Assembly (NCBI GenBank): GCA_964410735.1
Contig: CAYPIF010000027.1
Coordinates: 484 to 64,483 of the forward strand
Length of the DNA stretch: 64,000 bases
Direction of reading: 5' to 3'
Source of the DNA: an uncultured Thermoplasmatales archaeon
GTDB taxonomy: Archaea; Thermoplasmatota; E2; DHVEG-1
The first letter of the stretch is position 1. Each line of letters opens with the position of its first letter. The notes beneath the pieces were generated by a model. The model was not told the DNA's origin and searched no databases. It saw only the letters and a program-made list of their open reading frames with translations. Shown piece after piece: positions 55,941-64,000 of the stretch. Made by a program: the position numbers and the translations under genes.

Positions 55941-57452
55941 ATGTGTATTATGGATGATGATGCGAAGTTTGAATCATACATTGCTGTACTTATTATCATA
56001 GGTGCAATTGTTGCAGCGTATTTCATTATCACTGCGGGGCTTTCCTCAATTGACAGCGATAATGATGGTGTTGTTGATGAGGACGATGCATTTCCATCTG
56101 ATAGATATGAGACAAAAGATACAGATAATGATGGGGTTGGGGATAATGCCGATGCATTTCCTTTTGATCCTTCAGCAAGTGTTGATTCGGATGGTGATGG
56201 ATACCCAGATTATTTTAATGATGGTAAATCAAGTTCAGATAGTACGTCTGATCCTCGCTTAGAGATAGATATGTTTCCCTATAATCCAAATGAATGGGTC
56301 GATTCGGATGGTGATGGGGTAGGGGATAACAGCGATGTCTTTCCAGCAGACCCCAATGAATCAAAGGATACCGATGGAGATGGGGTTGGGGATAATTCGG
56401 ATGCAAATCCACTGGTCGATCTTTCGTTTAGTCTTTCGATTCATAGAATACGTCTTATCCGGAATGTGGATCTTTTAGGATGGGGTCAGCTGTATTTTGG
56501 TATAACTATTGATGATGGTGAGACGCAATTATTTGATAATAATGGAGCCTATTGGAAGGTTCGGAAGAACACTGATTCCACCCTTCAGATTGATATAACG
56601 TATGATATCGATGATAGTGCTGCATCATCAGAGACTACGATTGATATAACGGTCTATGATGCTGATTGGATCTTTCAGGATGATGTAGTGGATATCAACC
56701 CTGATGTATCACAAACAAGTCTTCAGTTAGTCATCGATCACGCTGATAATACGGTTAATATCAATGGTATCAGTGAAGGTTCACAAGCTATTCTTTGGTA
56801 TGATGTGATCCTTCCAGAAGTGATGGACCCACCGGATGAATTCTATAATCTTTCGTATCGTTGGAGTTTTAAAGGTAAGTATTATTCGATGTTCTTAGAT
56901 GTACCTGTTGAGACCTATAATTGGTATGCGACCAATCCAGTGAACAGAAGTCCTCAGATGAGGGGTAGTTATGCGATGGCATCATTTGCCACACCAAAAG
57001 AAGGCGTGATTGATTCGTTATCTGAGACATTACAAGATCTTGCAGAGGCACAAGGATTGGATGATGTAGGGATTGCAAACTTTGTGTTATCCTTTGTCCA
57101 GCAGAATATTCGTTATTCAAGTGATAATGTGAGTAAAGGTGTTGAGGAATACTGGCGGTATCCTGTTGAAACACTGGTTGAGAAACAAGGTGATTGTGAG
57201 GATTCAACGATCCTTTTTGCTTCTCTTATGAAAAGGTTGGGGTATGAGACCGTTTTATTGTTCTATATCATCGATGAGGATATCGGTCATCTTGCGACTG
57301 GTGTTGGGCTCAATGAGGGACTTGCTGATGGTTTCTCTGTGTCTTATGAGAATGTTGATTACTATTACTGTGAGACGACATCTCAGGGTTTTATCGTTGG
57401 TGAAAGACCTTCGGATATCCCTGATGAACTTGAGTTGGTCATACCAATTTAA
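55941..57452 (+). CDS. Membrane-anchored protein with five thrombospondin-type-3-like Ca-binding repeats and a C-terminal transglutaminase-like (Cys-His-Asp/Glu) core.
   Basis: N-terminal TM (IAVLIIIGAIVAAYFIITAGL). DxDxDGxxDxxD repeats (DSDNDGVVDEDDAFPSD, DTDNDGVGDNADAFPFDP, DSDGDGYPDYFNDG, DSDGDGVGDNSDVFPADPNE, DTDGDGVGDNSDANP). Transglutaminase-like motif QGDCEDSTILFASLMKRLGYE ... GHLATGV ... YYYCETT. Confidence 0.6.
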   Translation: MCIMDDDAKFESYIAVLIIIGAIVAAYFIITAGLSSIDSDNDGVVDEDDAFPSDRYETKDTDNDGVGDNADAFPFDPSASVDSDGDGYPDYFNDGKSSSDSTSDPRLEIDMFPYNPNEWVDSDGDGVGDNSDVFPADPNESKDTDGDGVGDNSDANPLVDLSFSLSIHRIRLIRNVDLLGWGQLYFGITIDDGETQLFDNNGAYWKVRKNTDSTLQIDITYDIDDSAASSETTIDITVYDADWIFQDDVVDINPDVSQTSLQLVIDHADNTVNINGISEGSQAILWYDVILPEVMDPPDEFYNLSYRWSFKGKYYSMFLDVPVETYNWYATNPVNRSPQMRGSYAMASFATPKEGVIDSLSETLQDLAEAQGLDDVGIANFVLSFVQQNIRYSSDNVSKGVEEYWRYPVETLVEKQGDCEDSTILFASLMKRLGYETVLLFYIIDEDIGHLATGVGLNEGLADGFSVSYENVDYYYCETTSQGFIVGERPSDIPDELELVIPI

Positions 57453-57457
57453 AAGGA

Positions 57458-60280
57458 TCATTCAACGTAGATTGCTGGGCGGAGTGGTTCAGCGAATCGT
57501 GCTTTTCCATTGGGATCATATCTGTTTTCATCATCTGCTGAATAGATCTCAATAGTGCAGGAAAAGGTCTCTTTAAGATACGGTATCTCATCATGAAGAA
57601 ATTTTTGTTCATTGGTTTTTGTTCGATATCGTTTCTTATCAGAATCATTAAGTTTTTTAACCTCTCTTGCGAGTTTTCCTGTGAACTTTGAGACATCCTT
57701 TGAATGTGATCGGAGGTCTGGATCGGCCATTGCCTCTTTCATAAGCACTCCAACGTTGAGCGATTGTTTCTCATCAAGATCGATCGCTCTAGCATAAAGG
57801 TCTTGTTTCCAAGCAGGAGATGTGTAAAAACAGATCTTTTGTGGTTTAATGCCTGTAACCTTTAGTATCTCTTGTGTGTCTGTAAGTAATTGTTGAAGTA
57901 GATATTCCTCTACCTCTGCAGCATCTGAACAGTGAGCTTGGTTGAACTGTGGATATGTATCTGTTGATACAAAGTTTGAATGGTCCCTATGCCAAAGTTC
58001 CTCAGAGAGATGAGGTGTATATGGTGTCATGAGTTGTATCATGATGGTTACAATGTCCCTAAGGATGGTTTTATTCCCTCCGCCTCTTTTAAGGTACCAT
58101 TGAATATCTTTCGGTAATTCAAAGTATATCTCATTAGCCGCTACTCGTAGGTTGTATATCTCTACGTTTGTTTGTATCGTTTGGATCCGTCTTTGAATAA
58201 TGGATCGTATCCAGGTGTCTAAGTGTTTGTGAGATGGTTTATCGATTGTCATAAGATTGGTGATGAAGCTATACATGTTCAATATCTTGTTTTTGTATTT
58301 ATGGACCGCTTCAGAATTCCATTCAATGTCAACAAAGGGTGATCCGACATGTGCATAATAAAGCCTCATCGCGTCAATTCCATAGATCTTTGCTGCCTCT
58401 GCTACATGTTCAGCGCCCCCTTTTGATTTGCTTATTTTTTCTTTTCCTTTTTGAGTGACCCACCAGTGTACAAAGATCCCTTGCGGCCTAAACGATTCAG
58501 GCATAATAGCGATATGATTCATGAGGAACACGGGGAAATGAACTGTCTTGTGTTCTTTTCCACCAAGGTTTATGTCAACGGGGTACCAATATGTTGCATC
58601 ATCTCGTATCTGATCCCATAGTTCATTCTTTGGTGTTCCTTTTCCAAGATATATGTAGTCAAAGAACTCTTCTGTCATCTCTTCCGCCCGGATCTGGTTA
58701 TTGTTTACGTATTTTGAGAGGAGGTAATAGGCGGGGTACAGTGTTGAATCGGATATTGGTTCAATGGTCCATCCTTTTTTGTAGGGGAATTCGGTTCCTA
58801 GCCAGGATCCCTTTCGGATACATGCTCGGTCGTCGAACCAGTCGAGGATGCCGGGGAGCTCTTGTTTGTATTCTTCAGGATATATCGACATGTGTTGAAC
58901 ATGTTGTTTTGTTTGTTCTGTAAGTGTTTCGTCACTGTATTTGATGAACCATTGGTCCGGTATTTGTTTGATGATGACTGTTTCCCCACACCGACAGATG
59001 ACCTCTTCTGAGAACTCTCGTATCTGTGTGGCGTTGTGTGTTGAGATGAGTTTGTCTTTGACCTCATCCTTTATCTCGGATATCTTTACCCCGGCATATT
59101 CACCGCATTTATCATTGAGGATGCCGGTATGAAACTCTTTTTTATAGACAATGTCGGTTGCTTCATCGAGTTTTTCTGTTTCATTTTGAGTGGTGATATT
59201 AAGTTCTTCACAGACCTTTTTTGCAGGATTTTCTCCAAGGTCTTTAACATCGATGATGGTTATTGGTTCAATTGGTTCATTTGTTTCAACAAGGGCAATG
59301 TAATCATATGGTGCATGGGCTGGTACGCTCATGACAATGCCCGTTGCAACGTTAGGGTCTGCAAAGGTGCCTGCAAGGATTGGGACTTTTCGTTTTACGT
59401 GTGGTATTTCACAGGTTCTACCTAAAAGAGATGATCCCGGAATTGTTTCATCAAGGATCTCTAAGTTGTCGAGTTGGTAGGATAGTTTTTGTGCGCCTTC
59501 CTTTGAGATGATCCATATTTCATCTCCTTTTTTGATCTTGGTATATTCAACAGAAGGGTTCACCCACATGTTTGTTACGCCAAAGATGGTCTCGGGTCGT
59601 AATGTTGCAGCGGGTAGAATAGTACCATCATCAAGAGTGAATTTAATAACGGTGAATTCAAGTATCTCTGCATTTCCACCTTTTGAGATATCTGTTTCTG
59701 ATTTATCTACGGCAACTGGTCCGCATCTTGGACAATATGGTGCAAAATGGGGTTTTTGTATCAATAATTGTTTTTCATGGAGTTTTTTGAATTGCCATTC
59801 GATGAATCGTTTGTATCCTGGTGAAATAGTGCTCATCAATCGTGAATAATCGATTAAGAATCCGAACCGTTTCCAATAGTCATTGACATAGACCTCTGAA
59901 AAGTAGGAAACCACTTCTTCGGGATCTTTCAATCGTTGAATGGTAGTAGTATCACAGCCGTATTCTTTTAGGATTGAGAGTGTGCGGGGATCGTTTCGTT
60001 CTACTTTTTTTGCAAAACCAATCGATGGTATCCCTGATGCATGAAAACCCGCGGGGAACAGTACATCAAACCCTGTCATTCGCTTGTAACGGGCTATGAT
60101 GTCACAATAGGTGAATCCTCGCATGTGGCCCACGTGAAGATATCCTGAAACGCCAGGGTATGCAAAATGGATGAAGAATTTTTCTTTTGATGTTCTTTTT
60201 GTTTCATATATCTTGTCTGCGAACCATTGATCTTGCCAGTTCCTTTCAATTGTAATATATTTGTAATCTGTGGTTTTCAT
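57458..60280 (-). CDS. leuS: Leucine-tRNA ligase, archaeal/eukaryal type.
   Basis: HVGHMRGFTY (HIGH), the CP1 editing domain, KISKSKGG (KMSKS), and the archaeal C-terminal extension. The start is set at MKTTDYKYITIE. Confidence 0.9.
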   Translation of the reverse strand: MKTTDYKYITIERNWQDQWFADKIYETKRTSKEKFFIHFAYPGVSGYLHVGHMRGFTYCDIIARYKRMTGFDVLFPAGFHASGIPSIGFAKKVERNDPRTLSILKEYGCDTTTIQRLKDPEEVVSYFSEVYVNDYWKRFGFLIDYSRLMSTISPGYKRFIEWQFKKLHEKQLLIQKPHFAPYCPRCGPVAVDKSETDISKGGNAEILEFTVIKFTLDDGTILPAATLRPETIFGVTNMWVNPSVEYTKIKKGDEIWIISKEGAQKLSYQLDNLEILDETIPGSSLLGRTCEIPHVKRKVPILAGTFADPNVATGIVMSVPAHAPYDYIALVETNEPIEPITIIDVKDLGENPAKKVCEELNITTQNETEKLDEATDIVYKKEFHTGILNDKCGEYAGVKISEIKDEVKDKLISTHNATQIREFSEEVICRCGETVIIKQIPDQWFIKYSDETLTEQTKQHVQHMSIYPEEYKQELPGILDWFDDRACIRKGSWLGTEFPYKKGWTIEPISDSTLYPAYYLLSKYVNNNQIRAEEMTEEFFDYIYLGKGTPKNELWDQIRDDATYWYPVDINLGGKEHKTVHFPVFLMNHIAIMPESFRPQGIFVHWWVTQKGKEKISKSKGGAEHVAEAAKIYGIDAMRLYYAHVGSPFVDIEWNSEAVHKYKNKILNMYSFITNLMTIDKPSHKHLDTWIRSIIQRRIQTIQTNVEIYNLRVAANEIYFELPKDIQWYLKRGGGNKTILRDIVTIMIQLMTPYTPHLSEELWHRDHSNFVSTDTYPQFNQAHCSDAAEVEEYLLQQLLTDTQEILKVTGIKPQKICFYTSPAWKQDLYARAIDLDEKQSLNVGVLMKEAMADPDLRSHSKDVSKFTGKLAREVKKLNDSDKKRYRTKTNEQKFLHDEIPYLKETFSCTIEIYSADDENRYDPNGKARFAEPLRPAIYVE

Positions 60281-60488
60281 ACGGCTGTCGGTCTGGAAAT
60301 GAAACATGATTTATATAATGGTTTTTCCAAGAATGAGCATATTGGATACCAACTATAACGATGAGTAAGTATATTTTAGTATTATGATAAAATTAATTAT
60401 AAATAATTTTTCCGATATATTTTTACGGGAGAATCTGTTTACCATATTTAGTATTGTCATCGTAGACTAACGGGGAGGTCGATGGTGA

Positions 60489-60986
60489 TTGTTGCAAAGA
60501 ACCAAAAGAAAACCATTTCATCATAACACCTATGCGATATCCGAAGAATTTACCATACTACCTGCACTTTCTTTAGTCATCATAGGCATTGTGCTGTTCA
60601 GTGTTCTCACCCTTTCAACCTATGAATCCTATGGTGCTCAGACCAAACAACTTTCACAGATAGATATTGCTAGTTATCTTCTTTCAAAGTTAATAGATAC
60701 GGATCAACTCTATATGCGTGAAGGTCAGATCATTGAGATCTCTATCTTAGAGCAACCTGAATCATTGGTTTTTTTTAATGATCTAAAGCATGATCTTTAC
60801 CCGTCTGGTATAGATTTCTCAGTTATGGTCTCATGGGGCAACACAAGTATGTGGGTACTCGATCAACCAATGGAGGTGGATACCATAGCTGTTTCCCAAC
60901 CAATTGGGATCGCACTTAACCCGGTGGATATCATTCTTGGATCCATCACCGTTGTTGTCTGGAACTACGATACTCAACAGGTCTGA
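60489..60986 (+). CDS. Small N-terminally anchored secreted protein with a pilin-like (DUF361-type 'ISxEF') N-terminal motif. It is the first gene of a three-gene operon.
   Basis: TTG start 10 nt after GGAGG. Basic N-region RTKRKP, then AISEEFTILPALSLVIIGIVLFSVL, which has an acidic residue at +4/+5 followed by a hydrophobic helix as in type IV/class III pilins. The rest is a beta-rich ectodomain. Confidence 0.4.
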   Translation: MLQRTKRKPFHHNTYAISEEFTILPALSLVIIGIVLFSVLTLSTYESYGAQTKQLSQIDIASYLLSKLIDTDQLYMREGQIIEISILEQPESLVFFNDLKHDLYPSGIDFSVMVSWGNTSMWVLDQPMEVDTIAVSQPIGIALNPVDIILGSITVVVWNYDTQQV

Positions 60987-60990
60987 TATC

Positions 60991-62310
60991 ATGAAACGGA
61001 GATCATTGAACCATGATACCTTTGCGCTATCCATTATGTATGATACCCTTTTGTTCCTTTGTTTTGTCTCCCTCTCTGGTGTTGTTGTCCTTCCAATGTT
61101 CTATCAGCAATACCCTGCCCGGCTTACTCAGCATCAGGCCCATGAAGAAAAAGTTGATTTCACGTTACAAACACTACTGGTTTCAACAGCAGATGATTTT
61201 TTATATACCACTGCAGGTTCAATCATAGATCATCTTGGGTCCACTGTAGGAATAAACACATCAGATGATTCAGGCCTCTTTCGTCTATTGGTGGACTGGT
61301 ATCTTGGTAAAGAACAACTTCATAAAAGTTATGAACAATTGATTTCTGAAAATCTTGCCACCCAATTCTCCTTTCCGATTTCATCAAATGATACCATATC
61401 ATTGAACGTATTCTCACAGGATTTCACTATTGAGCTCATTGGGTCTATCCATTCTTTTCTTGATGATGCTCTATCATCAAGATATTCATATAATTTCAGT
61501 GCATACTGGTATCCGATCAGATCAATACCCCTCGGTGGATCCATCGAGCTTGGGATTAAACCACCCTCGCCCCAAGTATATGTTGCTCAACGAACGATCT
61601 CTCTTCCATTTCTTCTAACGTTTTCCCTTGGTAACGAATCCTTTGTGTTCTCAAAACAGGGCTTATCACATCTTTTTTCTCATATTATCATTGAAAATAC
61701 TTCGTCTTTGGGCAACGTTTCCATGTTACTAGCTTTATCAAATAATTCAAATAATCAGCCATACAATGATACGGCCATCACGTGTTTAACTGAGAATCTC
61801 ACTTATGTTGTAACTGATCTTCTAACAACAGGGATCACATTAGGAAATAATACAGAAAGGATTCCGGGGTTGTTAGAATGGATGATTCATTCCACTCTTT
61901 CCCCGCTTCTTAACAAACTCGAAAATGCAAGTTCTGAGTATCTTTCATCAGGTCTTGATTTCACGTTTGGTAGTTTCGATTCGATATTTTCAACGTTGAA
62001 CTCTTCCACTACGGATGGTATGATGAGTGAGATACAGTCAATGATTGTAGATCAGATCAGTCAATGGGTCGGTATAAGTTTTACGAATCTATCTAATGCA
62101 ATTGACCAACTTGTTAGCGTTATCTCCCAGTATGTTTCAGCACATCTCTATGATATCGTTTATACATTGATGATGCCCGTTGCTCAAGGTTTGATAAACA
62201 TCTCACAAAATGTAACGGAGGTTATTGATACCGTGATTGATTTCGTCTTTGACCAGTTATCGATATCCACTGCGACGGTGACCTTATCAATTTGGGAGCG
62301 TACCTTATGA
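60991..62310 (+). CDS. N-terminally anchored secreted glycoprotein with more than 15 N-x-S/T sequons and no recognisable domain. It is the second gene of the operon.
   Basis: The ATG lies 5 nt after the upstream stop. MKRRSLNHDTF + TM (LLFLCFVSLSGVVVLP). The start is set at the internal ATG; the listed ORF 60904..62310 begins in the upstream gene. Confidence 0.4.
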   Translation: MKRRSLNHDTFALSIMYDTLLFLCFVSLSGVVVLPMFYQQYPARLTQHQAHEEKVDFTLQTLLVSTADDFLYTTAGSIIDHLGSTVGINTSDDSGLFRLLVDWYLGKEQLHKSYEQLISENLATQFSFPISSNDTISLNVFSQDFTIELIGSIHSFLDDALSSRYSYNFSAYWYPIRSIPLGGSIELGIKPPSPQVYVAQRTISLPFLLTFSLGNESFVFSKQGLSHLFSHIIIENTSSLGNVSMLLALSNNSNNQPYNDTAITCLTENLTYVVTDLLTTGITLGNNTERIPGLLEWMIHSTLSPLLNKLENASSEYLSSGLDFTFGSFDSIFSTLNSSTTDGMMSEIQSMIVDQISQWVGISFTNLSNAIDQLVSVISQYVSAHLYDIVYTLMMPVAQGLINISQNVTEVIDTVIDFVFDQLSISTATVTLSIWERTL

Positions 62311-63998
62311 AACGAATGAATCGTTCTCTGTGGAAGGATTCTACTGCAAGGATACCTTTTTCCCTCTTTGGTATCTTTCTTCTGCTTGGAAGCAGCCTTA
62401 CCACTGTTTTTCTTTATGATCAAGGAATGCAGCAACGGAACAATCAGATTGTATCATTTGACTACCAGCAGGTGGAACAACTGGTTTCAGAGGTAGAATC
62501 AGATATCTCATCATTGATCAATCATATTTCTTTGGAAAAATTGTATGATATTGGATTACATCCTGTTATACTCCCCTCTGATGCATCTCGATCTGCAGAG
62601 GAGATCAACATCGATCGTTTGAAGCAGGCTCTTGTTACTGATTTAGATCTCTATTTGAAGGATAGATATCAAGCAAATGTGTATAATGATGGACCCAATG
62701 CAGTAAATGTGTGGTTACCTGATACGATAGTTTCATCTGATACCTTTGATCTGATCAAGGTTGAAACGATTGATATGGCGCTTCATCGGCCATTGAACCT
62801 CCCGTTGGTCAGCCCACCAAACGAAAAATCCTTTTCAACATATTATACATTACATGTTCCAGTACATATCCAGATAGTGGATCTTGACACAAACAAGCAA
62901 TTGGCAACAATGAGTAGAACTATTTCATCTATTATCACCTGTCGTTATCAGTTACTGTACAATCTTTTAAATGAGTACAATGAAACGATCAATGGTCTTG
63001 GGCCATTCTGGGGGCTTACAACGCTTCTTTCAAATCTCTATTCGCTTGCTCGTGGCTATAAACATTATCAAACAGGCAAACCAATTAATGTTGTTGATAA
63101 CCATCATCTTGAACCTATCATCAACACTGGTTTACTTCTTGAGAATAGTTTTGTGTTCGGTGCTGTTGATCCGCTCGCGCTTATCGATCTTGCTTCATCA
63201 ATCAAACAAGCTATCTACAACAAAGAACCTTCTTCTGCGATAGACTCATTTAATAATATATCCGGTTCATCGTTTTCCATTCCTCTAAATGACCTTTCAA
63301 AGGTTAGTGCAAATATCGATGCTGATGCTCCAATTGATACAGAACTTGATCAGAACCCACAAGTGAATCTCAGTGCGATTGCCGTTCAACCATTGTATAC
63401 CACAGAATCACTCACCTTGTTTTTTCAAAGGGATTCCTCTGAGCTCCTTGTTGAGATAGAGATACAGGATGATAAAAACCAGATAGAGCAGGCAATTATG
63501 GACTATACTAGTCAGGGATACATTTTCACTGGTTTTGGAGATGCAACCACGAAAAAGAATCAGTCAACGGATCAAATGATCGATGATATTATTACGCAGA
63601 TCTATAGTACACAACTCCACCTTAGTGTCGGCCGAGATGATGATCCATTGATCTCTTTTGGTGATCATGATGGGTTCCCAATTGACAATGGAACAGGTCC
63701 ATGGGAGATTATCGATACATCTAAAACCAGTACAGTGGAAAAACCTGATAAAGGCGGTATTGAACCCGGGTGCATCCTATTTGGGGAGACGTACGATATC
63801 ACTTGGTCTAGGGGTCACCAATGGAGCCGTAAGATCATAGAAACAGTGGAAAATGAGACGATCACTCGATGGGAGCAAATAAGTACCAGTGATACAAAGA
63901 AAGAATATGATGTCCTCTTTGCAGTCATACTTGATACCTATAGCCCCTATCAGCAGTTAGATACTGATATCTTGGATGTGTTCTATTATAATATAACA
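62307..63998 (+). CDS. N-terminally anchored secreted protein, 3'-truncated by the window edge. It is the third gene of the operon (ATGA overlap with the previous gene).
   Basis: Open frame 62307 to window end, with only short ORFs in the other frames. MKRMNRSLWKDSTARIPFSLFGIFLLLGSSL signal anchor. Confidence 0.4.
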   Translation, partial: MKRMNRSLWKDSTARIPFSLFGIFLLLGSSLTTVFLYDQGMQQRNNQIVSFDYQQVEQLVSEVESDISSLINHISLEKLYDIGLHPVILPSDASRSAEEINIDRLKQALVTDLDLYLKDRYQANVYNDGPNAVNVWLPDTIVSSDTFDLIKVETIDMALHRPLNLPLVSPPNEKSFSTYYTLHVPVHIQIVDLDTNKQLATMSRTISSIITCRYQLLYNLLNEYNETINGLGPFWGLTTLLSNLYSLARGYKHYQTGKPINVVDNHHLEPIINTGLLLENSFVFGAVDPLALIDLASSIKQAIYNKEPSSAIDSFNNISGSSFSIPLNDLSKVSANIDADAPIDTELDQNPQVNLSAIAVQPLYTTESLTLFFQRDSSELLVEIEIQDDKNQIEQAIMDYTSQGYIFTGFGDATTKKNQSTDQMIDDIITQIYSTQLHLSVGRDDDPLISFGDHDGFPIDNGTGPWEIIDTSKTSTVEKPDKGGIEPGCILFGETYDITWSRGHQWSRKIIETVENETITRWEQISTSDTKKEYDVLFAVILDTYSPYQQLDTDILDVFYYNIT

Positions 63999-64000
63999 GT

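Noticed and set aside
56040-56420. DNA-level direct repeats (gattcggatggtgatgg...) as a possible satellite or CRISPR-like array.
   Set aside because: They are in-frame codons for the TSP3 Ca-binding repeats of gene 55941..57452.
60482-60526. ATG at 60483 as the start of the first operon gene.
   Set aside because: That frame hits a stop after 14 codons. The long ORF is in the frame of the TTG at 60489, which is preceded by GGAGG at appropriate spacing.
60489-60620. Calling gene 1 a bona fide class III (prepilin-peptidase-processed) pilin.
   Set aside because: The canonical [KR]-[GA] residues preceding the cleavage site are absent (HNTY|AISEEF). It is therefore reported only as pilin-like and left as a hypothesis.
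1-64000. Scan for CRISPR arrays, tRNA/rRNA genes, and integrase or transposase genes.
   Set aside because: No regularly spaced direct repeats were seen. No tRNA-like GTTCGAATC T-loop context occurs outside coding sequence. No recombinase or transposase motifs are present. The repeats observed are intragenic protein-domain repeats.

Overview
This is an AT-rich, densely coded 64-kb fragment that looks archaeal. It carries an archaeal-type LeuRS and ArgRS, r-proteins L10e and L21e, RpoF, Pus10, Nop5, TYW1/Taw1, a GPN-loop GTPase, and the conserved pus10-rpl21e-rpoF-DUF655-ksgA cluster. The gene content and the heavily sequon-rich secretome suggest an uncultivated, protein-degrading archaeon; a Thermoplasmatota or Poseidoniales-like origin is possible but cannot be shown from sequence alone.

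The window is a mosaic of two kinds of region. The housekeeping blocks are pyrK-pyrD, nop5, trkH, family-4 UDG, an aminotransferase, pyrE, purD, argS, leuS, ksgA and a sodium:solute symporter.

The accessory blocks encode large secreted and N-glycosylated surface proteins:
- Region 1-17.6 kb holds a 5'-truncated BNR protein and PKD-like repeat proteins. It also has three mid-sized clan-CD (gingipain/C25-like) cysteine-peptidase paralogs and one 1230-aa C25-like protein with three clostridial-type cell-wall-binding (CW_binding_2-like) repeats. A lipid or surface-modification trio is embedded among them: an MprF-flippase-like membrane protein, a SAM methyltransferase and a membrane-anchored hexapeptide acyltransferase.
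- Region 21.8-24.6 kb encodes a 919-aa surface protein with an Asp/Thr-rich acidic linker, DUF11-like repeats and PKD domains.
- Region 37-44 kb encodes a subtilisin and a second 1213-aa paralog of the cell-wall-binding/C25-like protein. That paralog has a C-terminal TM anchor and an apparently lost catalytic Cys.
- Region 55.9-57.5 kb encodes a membrane-anchored TSP3-repeat/transglutaminase-like protein.
- From 60.5 kb to the window end, three translationally coupled genes encode N-terminally anchored glycoproteins with no recognisable domain. The first carries a DUF361-like 'ISxEF' pilin motif.

The most interesting observations:
- Five C25-like paralogs sit together with CW_binding_2-like repeats in an apparent archaeon.
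- Two PKD-type proteins share a homologous C-terminal tail, which may be a sorting tag.
- A dsRBD-less RNase III lies in an apparent operon with a YgiQ-like radical SAM protein and a CN-hydrolase.
- The terminal pilin-like operon may be part of a filament or adhesin locus.

No rRNA, tRNA, CRISPR array or mobile element was recognised.
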